From: an uncultured Acidobacteriota bacterium
GTDB taxonomy: Bacteria; Acidobacteriota; UBA6911
Direction of reading: 5' to 3'
Assembly (NCBI GenBank): GCA_963809485.1
Contig: CAWEJX010000008.1
Location: 224,001-288,000 of the forward strand
Length of the DNA stretch: 64,000 bases
The notes under the pieces: model-generated
Database searches by the model: none
The model's input: only the letters and a program-made list of their open reading frames with translations
What the model was told of the DNA's origin: nothing
Program-made: the position numbers and the translations under genes
Shown here: piece after piece, positions 1-9,869 of the stretch
Layout: each line of letters begins with the position of its first letter
Position numbering within the stretch: the first letter of the stretch is position 1

Positions 1-315
1 AAGCCGAAGCGCCGAGTACCCGCGCCCGCTCTGCCGCACCGAGCTCGTCATGAGCGGTGATGACAATGACTGGCACATTGATGTGGCTTGAGTTGAAAGC
101 CTCCAGCACGTCGAAACCACTAACCTGCGGCATCTGCAGGTCCAGCAGCAATAGATCGAGTGAGTGTGAATCCAGGGACGGCAAGGAGAGTTCGCCCCCT
201 CATACTCCTCGACATGAAAATCCCGGCCGGTCAGCAATCGGCGAAGGGCCTTTCGCATTTCCGGCTCGTTGTCCGGAACCGCAATAACTGGTGGTGTAGT
301 TTGCGCCTTTGGCAT
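1..315 (-). pseudogene. Receiver-domain response regulator, frameshifted near 195, runs off window edge
   Basis: Manual translation: MPKAQTTPPVIAVPDNEPEMRKALRRLL, then in another frame DLLLLDLQMPQVSGFDVL...VPVIVITAHD (receiver motifs). The frameshift may be a sequencing error. Confidence 0.75.
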
Positions 316-323
316 TGCAGCAA

Positions 324-388
324 AAGCCTATAGGAAATCGGTAATGCCATGCTACTAGACCTTAGTATAGTCCCCTATTTCAGGCTCT
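324..388 (-). promoter_or_regulatory. 65-bp duplicated upstream/promoter cassette, copy 1
   Basis: 62/65 identical to 3795-3859. Ends 8 nt before the ATG at 315. Contains imperfect palindrome CTAGAC-CTTA-GTATAG. Confidence 0.75.
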
Positions 389-393
389 TTCAC

Positions 394-510
394 CCGCTGG
401 ACGAATCCATCCGCTGGACGTAATCCATCCGCTGGACGTAATCGGCTCTTTTTGCAGCCCACGGAATCCGAAATCGCCGACCCCGTGCACGGCAACGGCT
501 GCGTCCATGG
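394..510. repeat. 3x ~18-bp tandem repeat merging into a degenerate GTGGAC/GTCCAC palindromic element
   Basis: CCGCTGGACG(T)AATCCAT x3, followed by GGACGTAATCGG..TTTTGCAGCCC..CCGAAA..GTGCAC, similar to 5771-5867 and 6008-6112. Confidence 0.65.
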
Positions 511-531
511 GGCTCATCCGGTATTTCCGGC

Positions 532-1912
532 TTAAAGGCCAAGGTAGTACAGCCACATATCCATTCTCAACATGATGCGGCCGATTATGTGAAACGAGGT
601 GACGTACTTTGTTAAAATGACCATCTCGCCGGTCGCGCCCAGATTGAGCGGCAGCGCTTTCCGGGACTCCTCATCCAGTGCCACCTTCACCGCAAAAAGC
701 TGCAGGTCGGACTCGCTCGGCGTCACCGGAGTCACCATCCCATTGATCGGAAGTTGGCCCTGGCCGACAGCCCGGACGACGTGCTCCACCTTGCCTCGGA
801 AGACGCGGCCCGGATAGAACCGGAAGATCATCTCGACCTGATCCCCAGCCTCGACCAACCCCAGCTTGCTCTGTTCGAACAGCCCGTAAATCCACCAATC
901 GTCCGTGCTTACCAGGCTCAGAACCGGCTGGTTCAATCCCGCAATGTACCCTTCCTTCAATTGCACGTCGGGGATGAAACCATTGGCGGGCGCGTAGACT
1001 ATGGACTCCTTCATTTTCCACTCGGCGCCGGCGAGGTTCGCTTTAACCTGGACGACACTGGAATGCTCTCCCTCAATTGTCGAATTGACGTTGAGCGCCG
1101 CGATGTCCTGCTGATTCTTAGCCTGACGAATCGCCTGTTCGGAGAGCGTTACCTTTTCAAGGGACTGTTTGAGGCCCTGTTCGGCCATCTCCTTGTTCCG
1201 GATCGCCTGTTGCATGTTCAGCTCAGCCACAGCCTGCTGGCCGATCGCCTGGTTGAGCGCCTCCTGGCTGATATCGCGCTTGGCTTTGGCGCTGTCCAGG
1301 TCCTGGGCCGCGACGGCCCCCTCCTCGAATGACTTTTGCATCCGTTCCAGCGTAGACCGGGCGAGCGCCAGGTCTACCTCGCGCTGCTTTACGCCCAAGC
1401 GGGCCACCTCGACATTCTTCTCGCTCTGCTCGATGGCGGCCTGGGCTTGGGCGACGTCCTTTTCGGCCTGGCTCGCGGCCAGTTCGGCAACCGCCAGATC
1501 CTTCTGCCGCTGAATCACGGCGGATCTGGCCGAATCGAGGGTTGGGGTTAGCTGCCGCGCTTTCTGCTGCGTATCTACCAGCGCACCTTTCAACGATTCG
1601 ACATCGTACCGGTACGGATCGGAGTCGACCTCAAACAGCTTATCGCCCATTTTCACAGCTTGCGACCCTTTGACGTAGACCTTGGTGACGCGTCCGCCGG
1701 ACCGCGATCCGAGCGGAATGACGTAGGTGGTGACCCGCAGGTTGCTGGTCATCGGCGATGTACGCTGAATGGTGAACCAGATAGCCAGTATCGCAATCAG
1801 GCCGATGCACAGCGACAATGATCTGGCGGGTCCTCGTGAACTCCATCAATTTCAGTTTGTAGAAGGCCAACCAGACAAAGCCGGCGTAAATCAGGGCTAG
1901 CATGATCAGCAT
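532..1912 (-). CDS. HlyD-family membrane fusion protein (YibH/YiaV-like), one frameshift near 1815
   Basis: N-terminal TM start MLIMLALIYAGFVWLAFYKLKL (1912) joins the 428-aa ORF with GRVTKVYV..VKMGDKLFEVD, a long coiled coil and IVYAPANG. Confidence 0.85.
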
Positions 1913-1962
1913 TGTCGAGTTCCTCCATGGGCGTATGCGGCGGCGTTATCACGCCGCTGGCT

Positions 1963-2229
1963 TCAATTGGCCTCGGCCGATTCCGGCTCCTCGGGCGGCG
2001 AAGCAATCGGTGCAGGCCTGGGCCTGATGTAGGCCCAGACCAATGCCACGGCCCACACGATTCCACCCGTCAACAGTCCCAGCCATCCCATTACCCTGAT
2101 GGCATCCGCCTGCCGATGTTGGCGCTGCCTGGCAATCCGGCCCGGCAAACCCCCGAGGCGGACGAGCACATAAATCACAGACACGGTGACAAAGAGCAGA
2201 ACGAGCAATGCCATGATGTTCAGCGCCAT
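1963..2229 (-). CDS. DUF3302 (YibI/YiaW-like) small membrane protein
   Basis: LPGRIARQRQHRQADAIRVMGWLGL...WAVALVWAY signature; directly upstream of hlyD. Confidence 0.85.
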   Translation of the reverse strand: MALNIMALLVLLFVTVSVIYVLVRLGGLPGRIARQRQHRQADAIRVMGWLGLLTGGIVWAVALVWAYIRPRPAPIASPPEEPESAEAN

Positions 2230-2297
2230 AACGCCCTCTTTATCCGGATGATCGAAGCAAATATCTTCAAGGCTATATCGAACTTCATTGCTTGAAA

Positions 2298-3786
2298 CTA
2301 AAAACCTCCGCCCAAAGCCTTGTAAAGCTGGGTCACAGCCACGACCTGGGCTAACCTGATGCGCGCCTCGCCGAGTTGAGCGCTATAAAGCTCCCGCTGA
2401 GAGTCGAGCACGGGGAGGAAGCTCGACAAGCCGCTGCGGAAACGAGACTCCGCAACCTGGCTGGCCCGGCGGAAGGCGGCCACATAGGCCTCCTGCTGAA
2501 GGAGCGATTCCCGCGCCTTACGGTGGGCCACCAGCGAATCCTCCACCTCCCGGAATGCCTGCTGGATCACCTGCTCGTACTGGATCAGCGACTGTTGCCG
2601 CAGCGCCTCAGCCGCCTTCACGGACGATTTGATCGCCCCGCCTGCGAAGAGGGGCTGGGCAATCTTGAGGGGAAATTGGTAAAAACCGCTTCCGCCGGTG
2701 AACAGGCCTGACAATTGCGAACTCTCCGTTCCCAGCGGCCCGGTCAGGCTGATCGCGGGGAAATAGGCCGCCTTAGCCACGCCGATCTGCGCATTGCTCG
2801 CAACCAGGATCTGTTCTGCTGAGCGGATATCGGGGCGCCGCTCGATCAATGACGAGGGCAAACCCGCCGGCACATCGGGCGGCACGGTGAAATCCTTCAG
2901 CTCGAAGCCGCGCCCGATGGGGCCGGGATACTGTCCGACCAGGATGCTGAGCGCGTTTTCGGTCTGGGAAATCGCGCGCTCGAGATCGGGAAGCGCGGCG
3001 GCGGTCGCAGCTACTGCGCCTTCGGCCTGCCGCAGATCCAGCTCGTTGGTAAGACCATTGCCATAGAGCACTCCCACGATCCGGGCCGTCTCCTGCCGGG
3101 TGGCGAGCGTGTTTCGGGTGATCTGCAGTTCGAGATCGAGTTCGCGCAGCTGGAGATAGGTCTGCGCAACGCTGCTCACCAGCGATATCGCGACCGCCTG
3201 GCGCACCTCTTCCGTCGCAAGCAATTCGCGCCCGAGCCGCCTCGGTCGCCCGGCGGTATTTGCCCCATAGATCTATCTCCCAGGCAAAGGTGAACCCGAC
3301 CCGGTACAACTGGGTCCTGCGGTCTTCTCCTTCCGGGACCGGACGGCCGCCGGTCTCGCTGCCGAGAGTGCCCGTGGCGCTGGCAGCCGCGCCGACCTGC
3401 GGATATCGGCCCGCGCCCACGATGCCCAATTGCGCGCGGGCCGCGTCAACTCGCGCGACAGCCAGCCTCAGGTCTTTGTTCTGATCAAGCGCAAGGCGAA
3501 TCAGTACTTGCAGTTGCGGGTCCTTGAAGAGGTCCCACCATTTCATGTCAACCAGCGGCGCCTGGTCTTTCGCAATCGTCGCCGCGCGGTAATCGGCGGG
3601 GATTTCCACCTTGGGACGCTTATAGTTGGGTCCGACCAAACAGCCGTTTTGCACAAGCATCAGAACCAGAAACGCTGCGCACAGTCTCTTTCCATCGATC
3701 CGTGCAATTACGCCCTCTAAACATGCCCCGACACGCTTCTTTGCCCCATAGTTCATCGCTGCGATCATTGGTGGTGTTGTTTGCAT
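2298..3786 (-). CDS. Efflux outer-membrane factor lipoprotein (NodT/OprM-like), one frameshift near 3225
   Basis: GCLVGPNYKRP lipobox, WWDLFKDPQL, WEIDLWGK, PSSLIERRPDIRSAE, LYKALGGG; split over ORFs 2773-3786 and 2298-3224. Confidence 0.9.
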
Positions 3787-3794
3787 CGCGTCAG

Positions 3795-3859
3795 AAGCCT
3801 ATAGGAAATCGGTAATGCAATGCTACTAGACCTTAGTGTAGTCCCCTATTTCAGTCTCT
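3795..3859 (-). promoter_or_regulatory. 65-bp duplicated upstream/promoter cassette, copy 2
   Basis: 62/65 identical to 324-388; ends 8 nt before the ATG at 3786. Confidence 0.75.
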
Positions 3860-3870
3860 CTCATCCAGCA

Positions 3871-3972
3871 GACGTGGACGTTGACGTGGTCTTGGGCGTA
3901 ACCGGTTTATTGTTTCGCAGTCCATTGAACCCAAACCACGGTCCCCGTCTACGGCAACGCGCACGCCCACCT
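3871..3972. repeat. Degenerate GTGGAC/GTCCAC hexamer-repeat palindromic element
   Basis: GACGTGGACGTTGACGTGGT...TTCGCAGTCC...CGTCTACGGCAACGCGCACGCCCAC resembles 6008-6112. Confidence 0.55.
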
Positions 3973-4184
3973 CCAGGAGATCAGGCACGGATTTTAAGAG
4001 AATACCCTCGAGGTAGTTCGGTCAAAATCACAGCCACTTGTGCGAGAAAGGGAGCAAAAGGATCGGCGATTTAGGCAGCTTCAACAGGCGAGGCGCTGGG
4101 ATTCCTATCCAGGGATGACATCAGGTCTGCCGGGAAAATGACGACGAGCCAACGATCCCCCGCAATTCTCCCGTCATTCATTTC

Positions 4185-4988
4185 TCATTTAATAAACAAC
4201 ATCTCGGACAGGAAATCGCGGGTCAGAAGGGCTGCGTCCTGCGGCCGATCCAGGAATGGACGGACATCGGCCGCGACGGCCTTCATATCGAGCGATGCCA
4301 ATTTGTCTTCCACCAGCTGCCGCCATTCGTGGGCTTTGCATTTGCCGGCCCCATAAGTTTGGTTCAAGGCTTTCTGAAGCAATTTCACGTTCACCTCGAT
4401 TGGCGGACGCTGCGTCAGGTACCACATGAGATCGTACCAGTCTCGCCCCTTGGCGTATTTTCGGGTGATGACTGCATGGATCTTACCGGCCAGCATGGAC
4501 GGCAGGTCGTAATATTGCAGCAGGAAGGTCACATTGCGCGTGATAATCCGTCGTTCGCAATGCGCCCCCGCCGGCGGACGCGTATCGATTTCCAATTTGA
4601 TGGCCAGCTTTTGCTCCGGCATTGCGGATAGCCCGGCCTCGTAAAGGAGGCCGGCCAGCCGGATCCACCCTGTATGGACGGCCTTGCGGTCATTCCAGGT
4701 TACCAGCGGATCGAATCCTGCCAGCGACATATCGCGCTTCACCTTCGCCATCCATTCCATTCCCGAGTAGCCTTTTGCTGAAACCATCGAGAAATCCAGA
4801 TCTTCTGAAAACCGTGGCAGGCCGTGCAGGAAACGCAAAGCCGTGCCTCCGACAAATGCCAAAGGTCGAAAGGCTTCGCACTCATGTAACGATCTCAATG
4901 CAAGCGTTTGCAGATACTCCCTCAAGAGGTTGAGAGCCTGTCCGGGGTCCCTGGCCGTGCGTGCTAATGCCAGCGCCTGCTCCTTCAT
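4185..4988 (-). CDS. abiEii: AbiEii/AbiGii-family nucleotidyltransferase toxin (type IV TA)
   Basis: FVGGTALRFLHGLPRFSEDLDF (GGT..RxSEDLD) and KGRDWYDL motifs; ATG at 4988 overlaps the upstream stop (ATGA). Confidence 0.9.
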   Translation of the reverse strand: MKEQALALARTARDPGQALNLLREYLQTLALRSLHECEAFRPLAFVGGTALRFLHGLPRFSEDLDFSMVSAKGYSGMEWMAKVKRDMSLAGFDPLVTWNDRKAVHTGWIRLAGLLYEAGLSAMPEQKLAIKLEIDTRPPAGAHCERRIITRNVTFLLQYYDLPSMLAGKIHAVITRKYAKGRDWYDLMWYLTQRPPIEVNVKLLQKALNQTYGAGKCKAHEWRQLVEDKLASLDMKAVAADVRPFLDRPQDAALLTRDFLSEMLFIK

Positions 4989-5626
4989 ACTGTTACCGTT
5001 CCCTTCTCCTCTTCGGCTGCTAATAGGATCCATCGCTCAACCGTCCGGCAAAGGCGGGGACTTTGAAAACGGTCTGCGTAAGCTCTGAGTTTGTCTTCGC
5101 ATACCTGTTGACAATTCTGGTATCGCATTTCCTCAAGACGCTCTTGAGTCCACTCTCCAGGAGTGAGATGCCAGTGATCCAATAATGCCTTTTCCGGTTC
5201 CGCCACCAGAACCTCCTTCCCGCTATATTGAACCGTTACGTATCCGAAAAAAACCTTCTGTTTAATGCTGCGGTAATCGAAAGTCCCGAACGGATTTTCA
5301 AAACGTCGCGGGACGCGCGGCGTCGCACTCGTCAACCACACCACACGCTCAGGAATCAGGTCATAGTAACCCAGAGCCCACAAGCCGCTCAGGTATGACG
5401 GGCGATACAGCTGATTTGCCAGCCTCGCCGGAACAAGCGATGCCCGGCGATAGGTGTCGGACAGCGTGTATATTCCGCGCCGTAAGCCGATGACCTTGCC
5501 ATCCTTCATCCAGCGGGACAGTTGCACCCGGATTCCCTCGCGTGGTCCCTTAAATCCCTGAACCAGCAACGGCAAATCGAAGCATTCCATCGCTCCCACG
5601 AGTTCCACAAGCGCTTCGTATTTCAT
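4985..5626 (-). CDS. abiEi: AbiEi-family antitoxin / transcriptional regulator
   Basis: LRRGIY, PSYLSGLWALGYYDLIPE and VAEPEKALLD motifs; translationally coupled to abiEii. Confidence 0.85.
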   Translation of the reverse strand: MKYEALVELVGAMECFDLPLLVQGFKGPREGIRVQLSRWMKDGKVIGLRRGIYTLSDTYRRASLVPARLANQLYRPSYLSGLWALGYYDLIPERVVWLTSATPRVPRRFENPFGTFDYRSIKQKVFFGYVTVQYSGKEVLVAEPEKALLDHWHLTPGEWTQERLEEMRYQNCQQVCEDKLRAYADRFQSPRLCRTVERWILLAAEEEKGTVTV

Positions 5627-5633
5627 ATGTAAA

Positions 5634-5668
5634 AGATAACATATATGTTATTTATTGTATATAAATAA
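5634..5668 (-). promoter_or_regulatory. AT-rich promoter with inverted repeats (probable AbiEi operator)
   Basis: Perfect 16-bp palindrome ATAACATATATGTTAT (5636-5651) and TTATTTAT-N5-ATAAATAA (5648-5668) just upstream of the ATG. Confidence 0.6.
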
Positions 5669-5770
5669 TCAGAGGGTTTGAGCCTGATACCGTCAACATC
5701 TTCAGGGATTGCGCCACAATAAATAACTGAAAGCAATACCGATAGATACAATATTATATGCAAAAATCCC

Positions 5771-5867
5771 GGACGTGGACGTAGTCGGATTTTTGTTTTG
5801 CAGTCCCTTTAGCCCGAAACGGCCGTCCACGTCTACGTTCACGTGCACGTCAACGTCCACGTTCACG
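5771..5867. repeat. GTGGAC/GTCCAC hexamer-repeat palindromic element
   Basis: (GTGGAC)n-GTAGTCGGATTTTTG..GCAGTCCCTTTAGCCCGAAACGGCC-(GTCCAC)n; core nearly the same as 6008-6112. Confidence 0.85.
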
Positions 5868-5889
5868 AAATCTGGCCTGCCGCGTCCCA

Positions 5890-5990
5890 TCAGATCCTCA
5901 TCATTTTGGATAGCATCGAGACGATTCGTTCGAGGAGATCGTGGCCTTTATCCAGAATTTCGGCATTGGCTGGACCGTGCAGGCATCTTG
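5890..5990 (-). pseudogene. Possible 3' remnant of a four-helix-bundle (IVP-like) protein gene
   Basis: Reads ...EILDKGHDLLERIVSMLSKMMRI*, like the C-terminal helix of four-helix-bundle proteins (from memory); lies between two GTGGAC elements. Confidence 0.45.
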
Positions 5991-6007
5991 GGCGATATTT
6001 TCTTTGT

Positions 6008-6112
6008 GTGGACGTGGTCGTGGACGTGGACGTAATCGGATTTTTGTCCCGCAGCCCTTTGGGCCCGAAACGGCCGTCCACGTCCACGTGCACGACCACG
6101 TCTACGTCCACG
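6008..6112. repeat. GTGGAC/GTCCAC hexamer-repeat palindromic element
   Basis: Second well-preserved copy of the 5771-5867 element. Confidence 0.85.
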
Positions 6113-6164
6113 AACCTGCGAAACTTTGTGGGAAATTCGATGGGAACTGGGCTGGAAGGTGCGG

Positions 6165-6782
6165 CTATTTTCCGATGCCGAGTCGCTCGGCAACGCGCAC
6201 AAGATCCGCGAGCGAGTCGACTCCCATCTTCCTCATGATCTGAGCGCGGTGCAGCTTGATATTCTGTTCTCCGGTTCCGAGGTCGAAAGCAATTTGCTTA
6301 TTGAGTTGCCCGGCGACGACATGCTTCATGACTTCGCGCTGCCGTGGCGTGAGGCTGGCCAGTCTGGCCGCCAATGCCGCGGTTTCAGCGGCCGCCTGAC
6401 GCCGGGTCTCGGCCATCTGCAGGGCTGCGCGCACAGCCTGGACCAGTGCGGCCGCGTCGACCGGCTTGGTCAGAAACTCCGTCGCGCCGGCCTTGATCGC
6501 GCGCACGCTCATGGGAATGTCACCGTGACCGGTGAGAAATATGATGGGTATGAGAATGCCCTGGTGTGTGAGACGCCGCTGCAACTCCAATCCGTCCAAC
6601 TCCGGCATCGACACGTCCAGCACAAGACAAGCGTTGTTCCCCGGGCGGCACGTTTCCAGGAATGCGCTCACGGATGTAAAACCAAGCGTCTCGAATCGCC
6701 TCGCCCGCAGCAAGCGCATAAGCGCCTTGACCATTTCAGGCTCGTCGTCGAGAACATATACCACACCGTCTGGAGTGCTCAT
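6165..6782 (-). CDS. FixJ/NodW-family response regulator (REC + LuxR HTH)
   Basis: VYVLDDE, CLVLDVSMP, IIFLTGHGDIPMSVRAIKAGATEFLTKP, LTPRQREV...NKQIAFDLG. Confidence 0.92.
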   Translation of the reverse strand: MSTPDGVVYVLDDEPEMVKALMRLLRARRFETLGFTSVSAFLETCRPGNNACLVLDVSMPELDGLELQRRLTHQGILIPIIFLTGHGDIPMSVRAIKAGATEFLTKPVDAAALVQAVRAALQMAETRRQAAAETAALAARLASLTPRQREVMKHVVAGQLNKQIAFDLGTGEQNIKLHRAQIMRKMGVDSLADLVRVAERLGIGK

Positions 6783-9214
6783 GGCTTCTCCGAGGACCCG
6801 GCGACGGGCAGTTCAAAGTGGAAAACGGCGCCGCCCTCCGGGTGTGGCTCCGCCCAAAGGCGGCCGTGATGCGCGTCCACGATGGAGCGGCAGATGGTCA
6901 AGCCTATGCCCAGTCCCTGGGTTTTGGTGGTGTAGAACGGCTGGAAGATCCGCTCCACGTCCCCGGGTAATCCGGCGCCCTCATCTCGCACGGAGGCACG
7001 AACGCGGTCCTGAAGCAGCATCGTTTGAAGATGGAGCCGGCGCGTGCCGGGCGGATTGCCGGCCATGGCATCGGCCCCGTTGAGGATGAGGTTGAGCACG
7101 AGTTGCTGCAGTTGCACGCGATCGCCGGCGATCTGCGGCAAACCGGGAGCCAGTTCGCGAATAACTTTGACGCCGCGCTCGATGAGATCGGTATTGGTGA
7201 GGCGCAGCACCTCCTCGATGACGTCGTTGAGCGGGAGCGGTTGCAGGGACAAATGGCCGCGCTTGAGCAACGCACGCAGCCGCTGGATGACCTCGCCTGC
7301 GCGGTGGTCCGCCGCTACGATGTCCGAGAGGATGGACTGCACTTCGGCTACATCCGGCGGTTCCTGGAGGAGCAGTTCCTGCGCGGCCTGGGCATTGCTG
7401 AGGATGATGCTCAGCGGTTGGTTCAACTCATGAGCCAGCGAGCCGGACAGCACGCTCATTGTGTTCACGCGCGTCAGGTGCGTCAGGTTGTCACGCAGTT
7501 CCTGGGTTTCCCTCTCTGCCCGTTTGGCTTCGGTGATGTCTCTCGTGACTTGAACTGCACCATGGATGTTCCCGGCAGGATCCCGAATGGGGTCCGTCGA
7601 GATTGACAGCCATTTGCCGCTGCCGGCGTGTAACAACTCGAGTTTCGAGCTCAGCCCTGTCTGAAAGGTCTTCTGACAGGGGCATCCATCCATCGGGCCA
7701 CTGGCTCCGTGCAGCACGGAATAGCATGCGCTTCCAACAATCCGCTCCATGGGTAGGCCAAGGAACCGCGTAGTCGCAGCGTTGAACCGGGTGATGCGAT
7801 ACTCAGGATCGACGATCATGACTGAATCCTGGATGGAATCGAAAGTTGCCTGCCATTCTTCGGCGGCGGATTGGAGCCGTTCCGATAATAACTTCCTGTC
7901 GGTGATATCGCGAATCACGCCGAACGTTCTGACGCCACTTCCGTTCGCCGTTCGGCTTGCGAGCCGGGCGAGGTGATGAACCCACTTCTGCCCCTGAGCC
8001 GGATGCAGATAGCGATACTCTTCCGAGATGCGTTCAACCTTTCCGTCGTGCAGCTTCTGTCGTTCGTCCAACAATCGTTGTCGGTCGTCGGGATGGACAT
8101 GCTCCAACCAGAAATTAGCCGGCTCAAGCTCCTGCCGCAGTTCGGGGGGGACACCGCAAATTTCCCGAAACCGCTCGTCCATGAAGCAGTTGCGTTCACC
8201 GTAGTCCACTTCATAATACCCGAGGCCGGCCAGATCCGTTCCCGCCGCTAAGCGAGCCTGGCTCATATGGAACGCCTCTTCGGCACTCTTGCGGTCGGTG
8301 ATGTCAAGGGAAACGCCCATGATGCGCTCCACTTCACCGTCCGGCGTGAAATAGGGCAGCCCACGGGATGCGATCCAGCGCATGCTGTCATCACTCAACC
8401 GAATGCGGTATTCCACATTCACGGGTTCACCTGCCCGCACGGATCGATCGAGGATCCCCTGAACGAGATGCAGATCGTCGGGATGAACCGAGGCTTCGAA
8501 ACGCCTCATGCTGATGATTTCGTCCGGCGAATACCCGAAGATCGCCCGAGCCTTCTCAGTAGCCCAAAAGATACCGGTGCGGCAATCCAACTCCCAGAGC
8601 CCCACTTCTGCGGAGGACGTCGCAAGGATCAGGCGCTGTTCGCTTTCGCGCAAGGACTGGTCCGCGTGTTTCCGGGCAAGCGCATTGGTGATGATTTGGG
8701 CCACCAGTTGCAGGCGTTTCACCAGGGCGTCCGGCCAATCGCGCTCCGCACGCATGGTATTCAGGCAAAAAGCGCCAATAGGAGGCTCGCCTCCCACCGA
8801 GAGCGGAAGGCTCAGATTTGACTTGATGCCCAATTGGCTGGAAGTTTCCCGGTCGCGGGCGGCCTCCGTCGGCAGACACTCCAGCGAATCAACGACAACC
8901 ATACGGCCGGCCGCTAATTGCTGTCCGACCCAAGGAAAATCTTCCTGGCTTATCTGTCTGGCAGACAGCGGACCTTGCTGGGCGCTGTAAAGGTGGGTAA
9001 GCATGAAGGAACCCGGGGTTGCGTCCGACCATTGCCAAAGTGCCAGGAGATCGAGGTCAAGGAACTCGCATATGCGGCGCAGGGCATCCATGATTTCACG
9101 GTCGACCTCGCCGGCGGGCAGATTGACGAATTTCGATGAAAGATCGGCAATCAGCGTCTCAAAGCGCAGCCGTTCTTCAAGTTCCGCATTCGGGTCGATC
9201 TTTCCCATTTCCAT
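6779..9214 (-). CDS. Cytoplasmic GAF/multi-PAS histidine kinase (FixL/NodV-like)
   Basis: GAF-like N-terminus, PAS/PAC repeats (VHPDD, DITDRK), LAHELNQPL H-box, PFYTTKTQGLGIGL; overlaps the RR start. Confidence 0.92.
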   Translation of the reverse strand: MEMGKIDPNAELEERLRFETLIADLSSKFVNLPAGEVDREIMDALRRICEFLDLDLLALWQWSDATPGSFMLTHLYSAQQGPLSARQISQEDFPWVGQQLAAGRMVVVDSLECLPTEAARDRETSSQLGIKSNLSLPLSVGGEPPIGAFCLNTMRAERDWPDALVKRLQLVAQIITNALARKHADQSLRESEQRLILATSSAEVGLWELDCRTGIFWATEKARAIFGYSPDEIISMRRFEASVHPDDLHLVQGILDRSVRAGEPVNVEYRIRLSDDSMRWIASRGLPYFTPDGEVERIMGVSLDITDRKSAEEAFHMSQARLAAGTDLAGLGYYEVDYGERNCFMDERFREICGVPPELRQELEPANFWLEHVHPDDRQRLLDERQKLHDGKVERISEEYRYLHPAQGQKWVHHLARLASRTANGSGVRTFGVIRDITDRKLLSERLQSAAEEWQATFDSIQDSVMIVDPEYRITRFNAATTRFLGLPMERIVGSACYSVLHGASGPMDGCPCQKTFQTGLSSKLELLHAGSGKWLSISTDPIRDPAGNIHGAVQVTRDITEAKRAERETQELRDNLTHLTRVNTMSVLSGSLAHELNQPLSIILSNAQAAQELLLQEPPDVAEVQSILSDIVAADHRAGEVIQRLRALLKRGHLSLQPLPLNDVIEEVLRLTNTDLIERGVKVIRELAPGLPQIAGDRVQLQQLVLNLILNGADAMAGNPPGTRRLHLQTMLLQDRVRASVRDEGAGLPGDVERIFQPFYTTKTQGLGIGLTICRSIVDAHHGRLWAEPHPEGGAVFHFELPVAGSSEKP

Positions 9215-9467
9215 CCTATCACCACTTCGCCGGGGGTGACCCTATTGCCTCACTCCCCATTGCGCGAGCTGGTTTCATTCGCAAAAAAAACTTAAGCAGT
9301 TCACCAGCCAGAGTCGGCTAATTGTGACAAGCCAATATCGAAAAGCTTTAAGCTCCTGCCAGGCTAACCCTTTATACTACTCAGATTAGCGGCGTTGGTC
9401 AATGATTAGGGAGGGGGTCATTAGAGGGGGACAGAATTGAGCGTTCACTGGGTGGACTCACATTCGA

Positions 9468-9862
9468 AGTCAGGCGACTCCGGCAAAGCCGGAGGCTTGA
9501 AAGATTGGAACCGCTCAAAGCGGTTGGAGGAGTTACGGTGGTCTTGAACGCTGACTTACGCGGGCAAAAGCCGATGAGGCGCTTCCGATCCCCCGCAGGG
9601 GCCAGCGCTCCGCCGCTGGACAGTTTTCTGCGGCGGCACTGTGGCAAACGCCCGCTTTCTCATACCCTACGTCTCCTTGCCGCACGGCGCTTGCCACAGT
9701 GCCGCCGCAGAAAACTCCATCGGAAGCACCTCATCGGCTTTTGCTCGCCGACCCTCGCTGAACAAAACGGCGTTTGTCAGCGCTTTTGTCAGCGTATCTC
9801 AGCGTTTCAAAATGCGGAGCTGTTAAACTCTATGAGTCCCCCTGGCTCTGCCGGGCTTTACC
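9468..9862 (-). mobile_element. IS200/IS605-like non-autonomous element (family A, full length, copy A1)
   Basis: Terminal hairpins CTCCGGC-AAA-GCCGGAG and a CCCGGC/GCCGGG-like hairpin, plus AACCGC-TCAAA-GCGGTT; related copies at 12082, 43549, 50714 and 55517; no transposase. Confidence 0.75.
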
Positions 9863-9869
9863 AATAGAA

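Noticed and set aside
394-6112. Short repeats as a CRISPR array
   Set aside because: No constant 23-47-bp repeat with unique equal-length spacers, and no cas genes.
5702-6238. VDVDV/STST low-complexity ORFs
   Set aside because: Products of the hexamer repeats; no RBS or domain.
9560-9750. Nested hairpin as a hammerhead ribozyme or riboswitch
   Set aside because: CCGATGAG resembles CTGATGA, but the core geometry is absent and the arms are near-perfect DNA inverted repeats. An Rfam scan would settle it.
9399-9867. ORFs 9505-9867 and 9399-9647, and look-alikes at 12118, 43529, 50698 and 55583
   Set aside because: They are translations of the palindromic element, open on both strands, and their frames are not preserved between copies.
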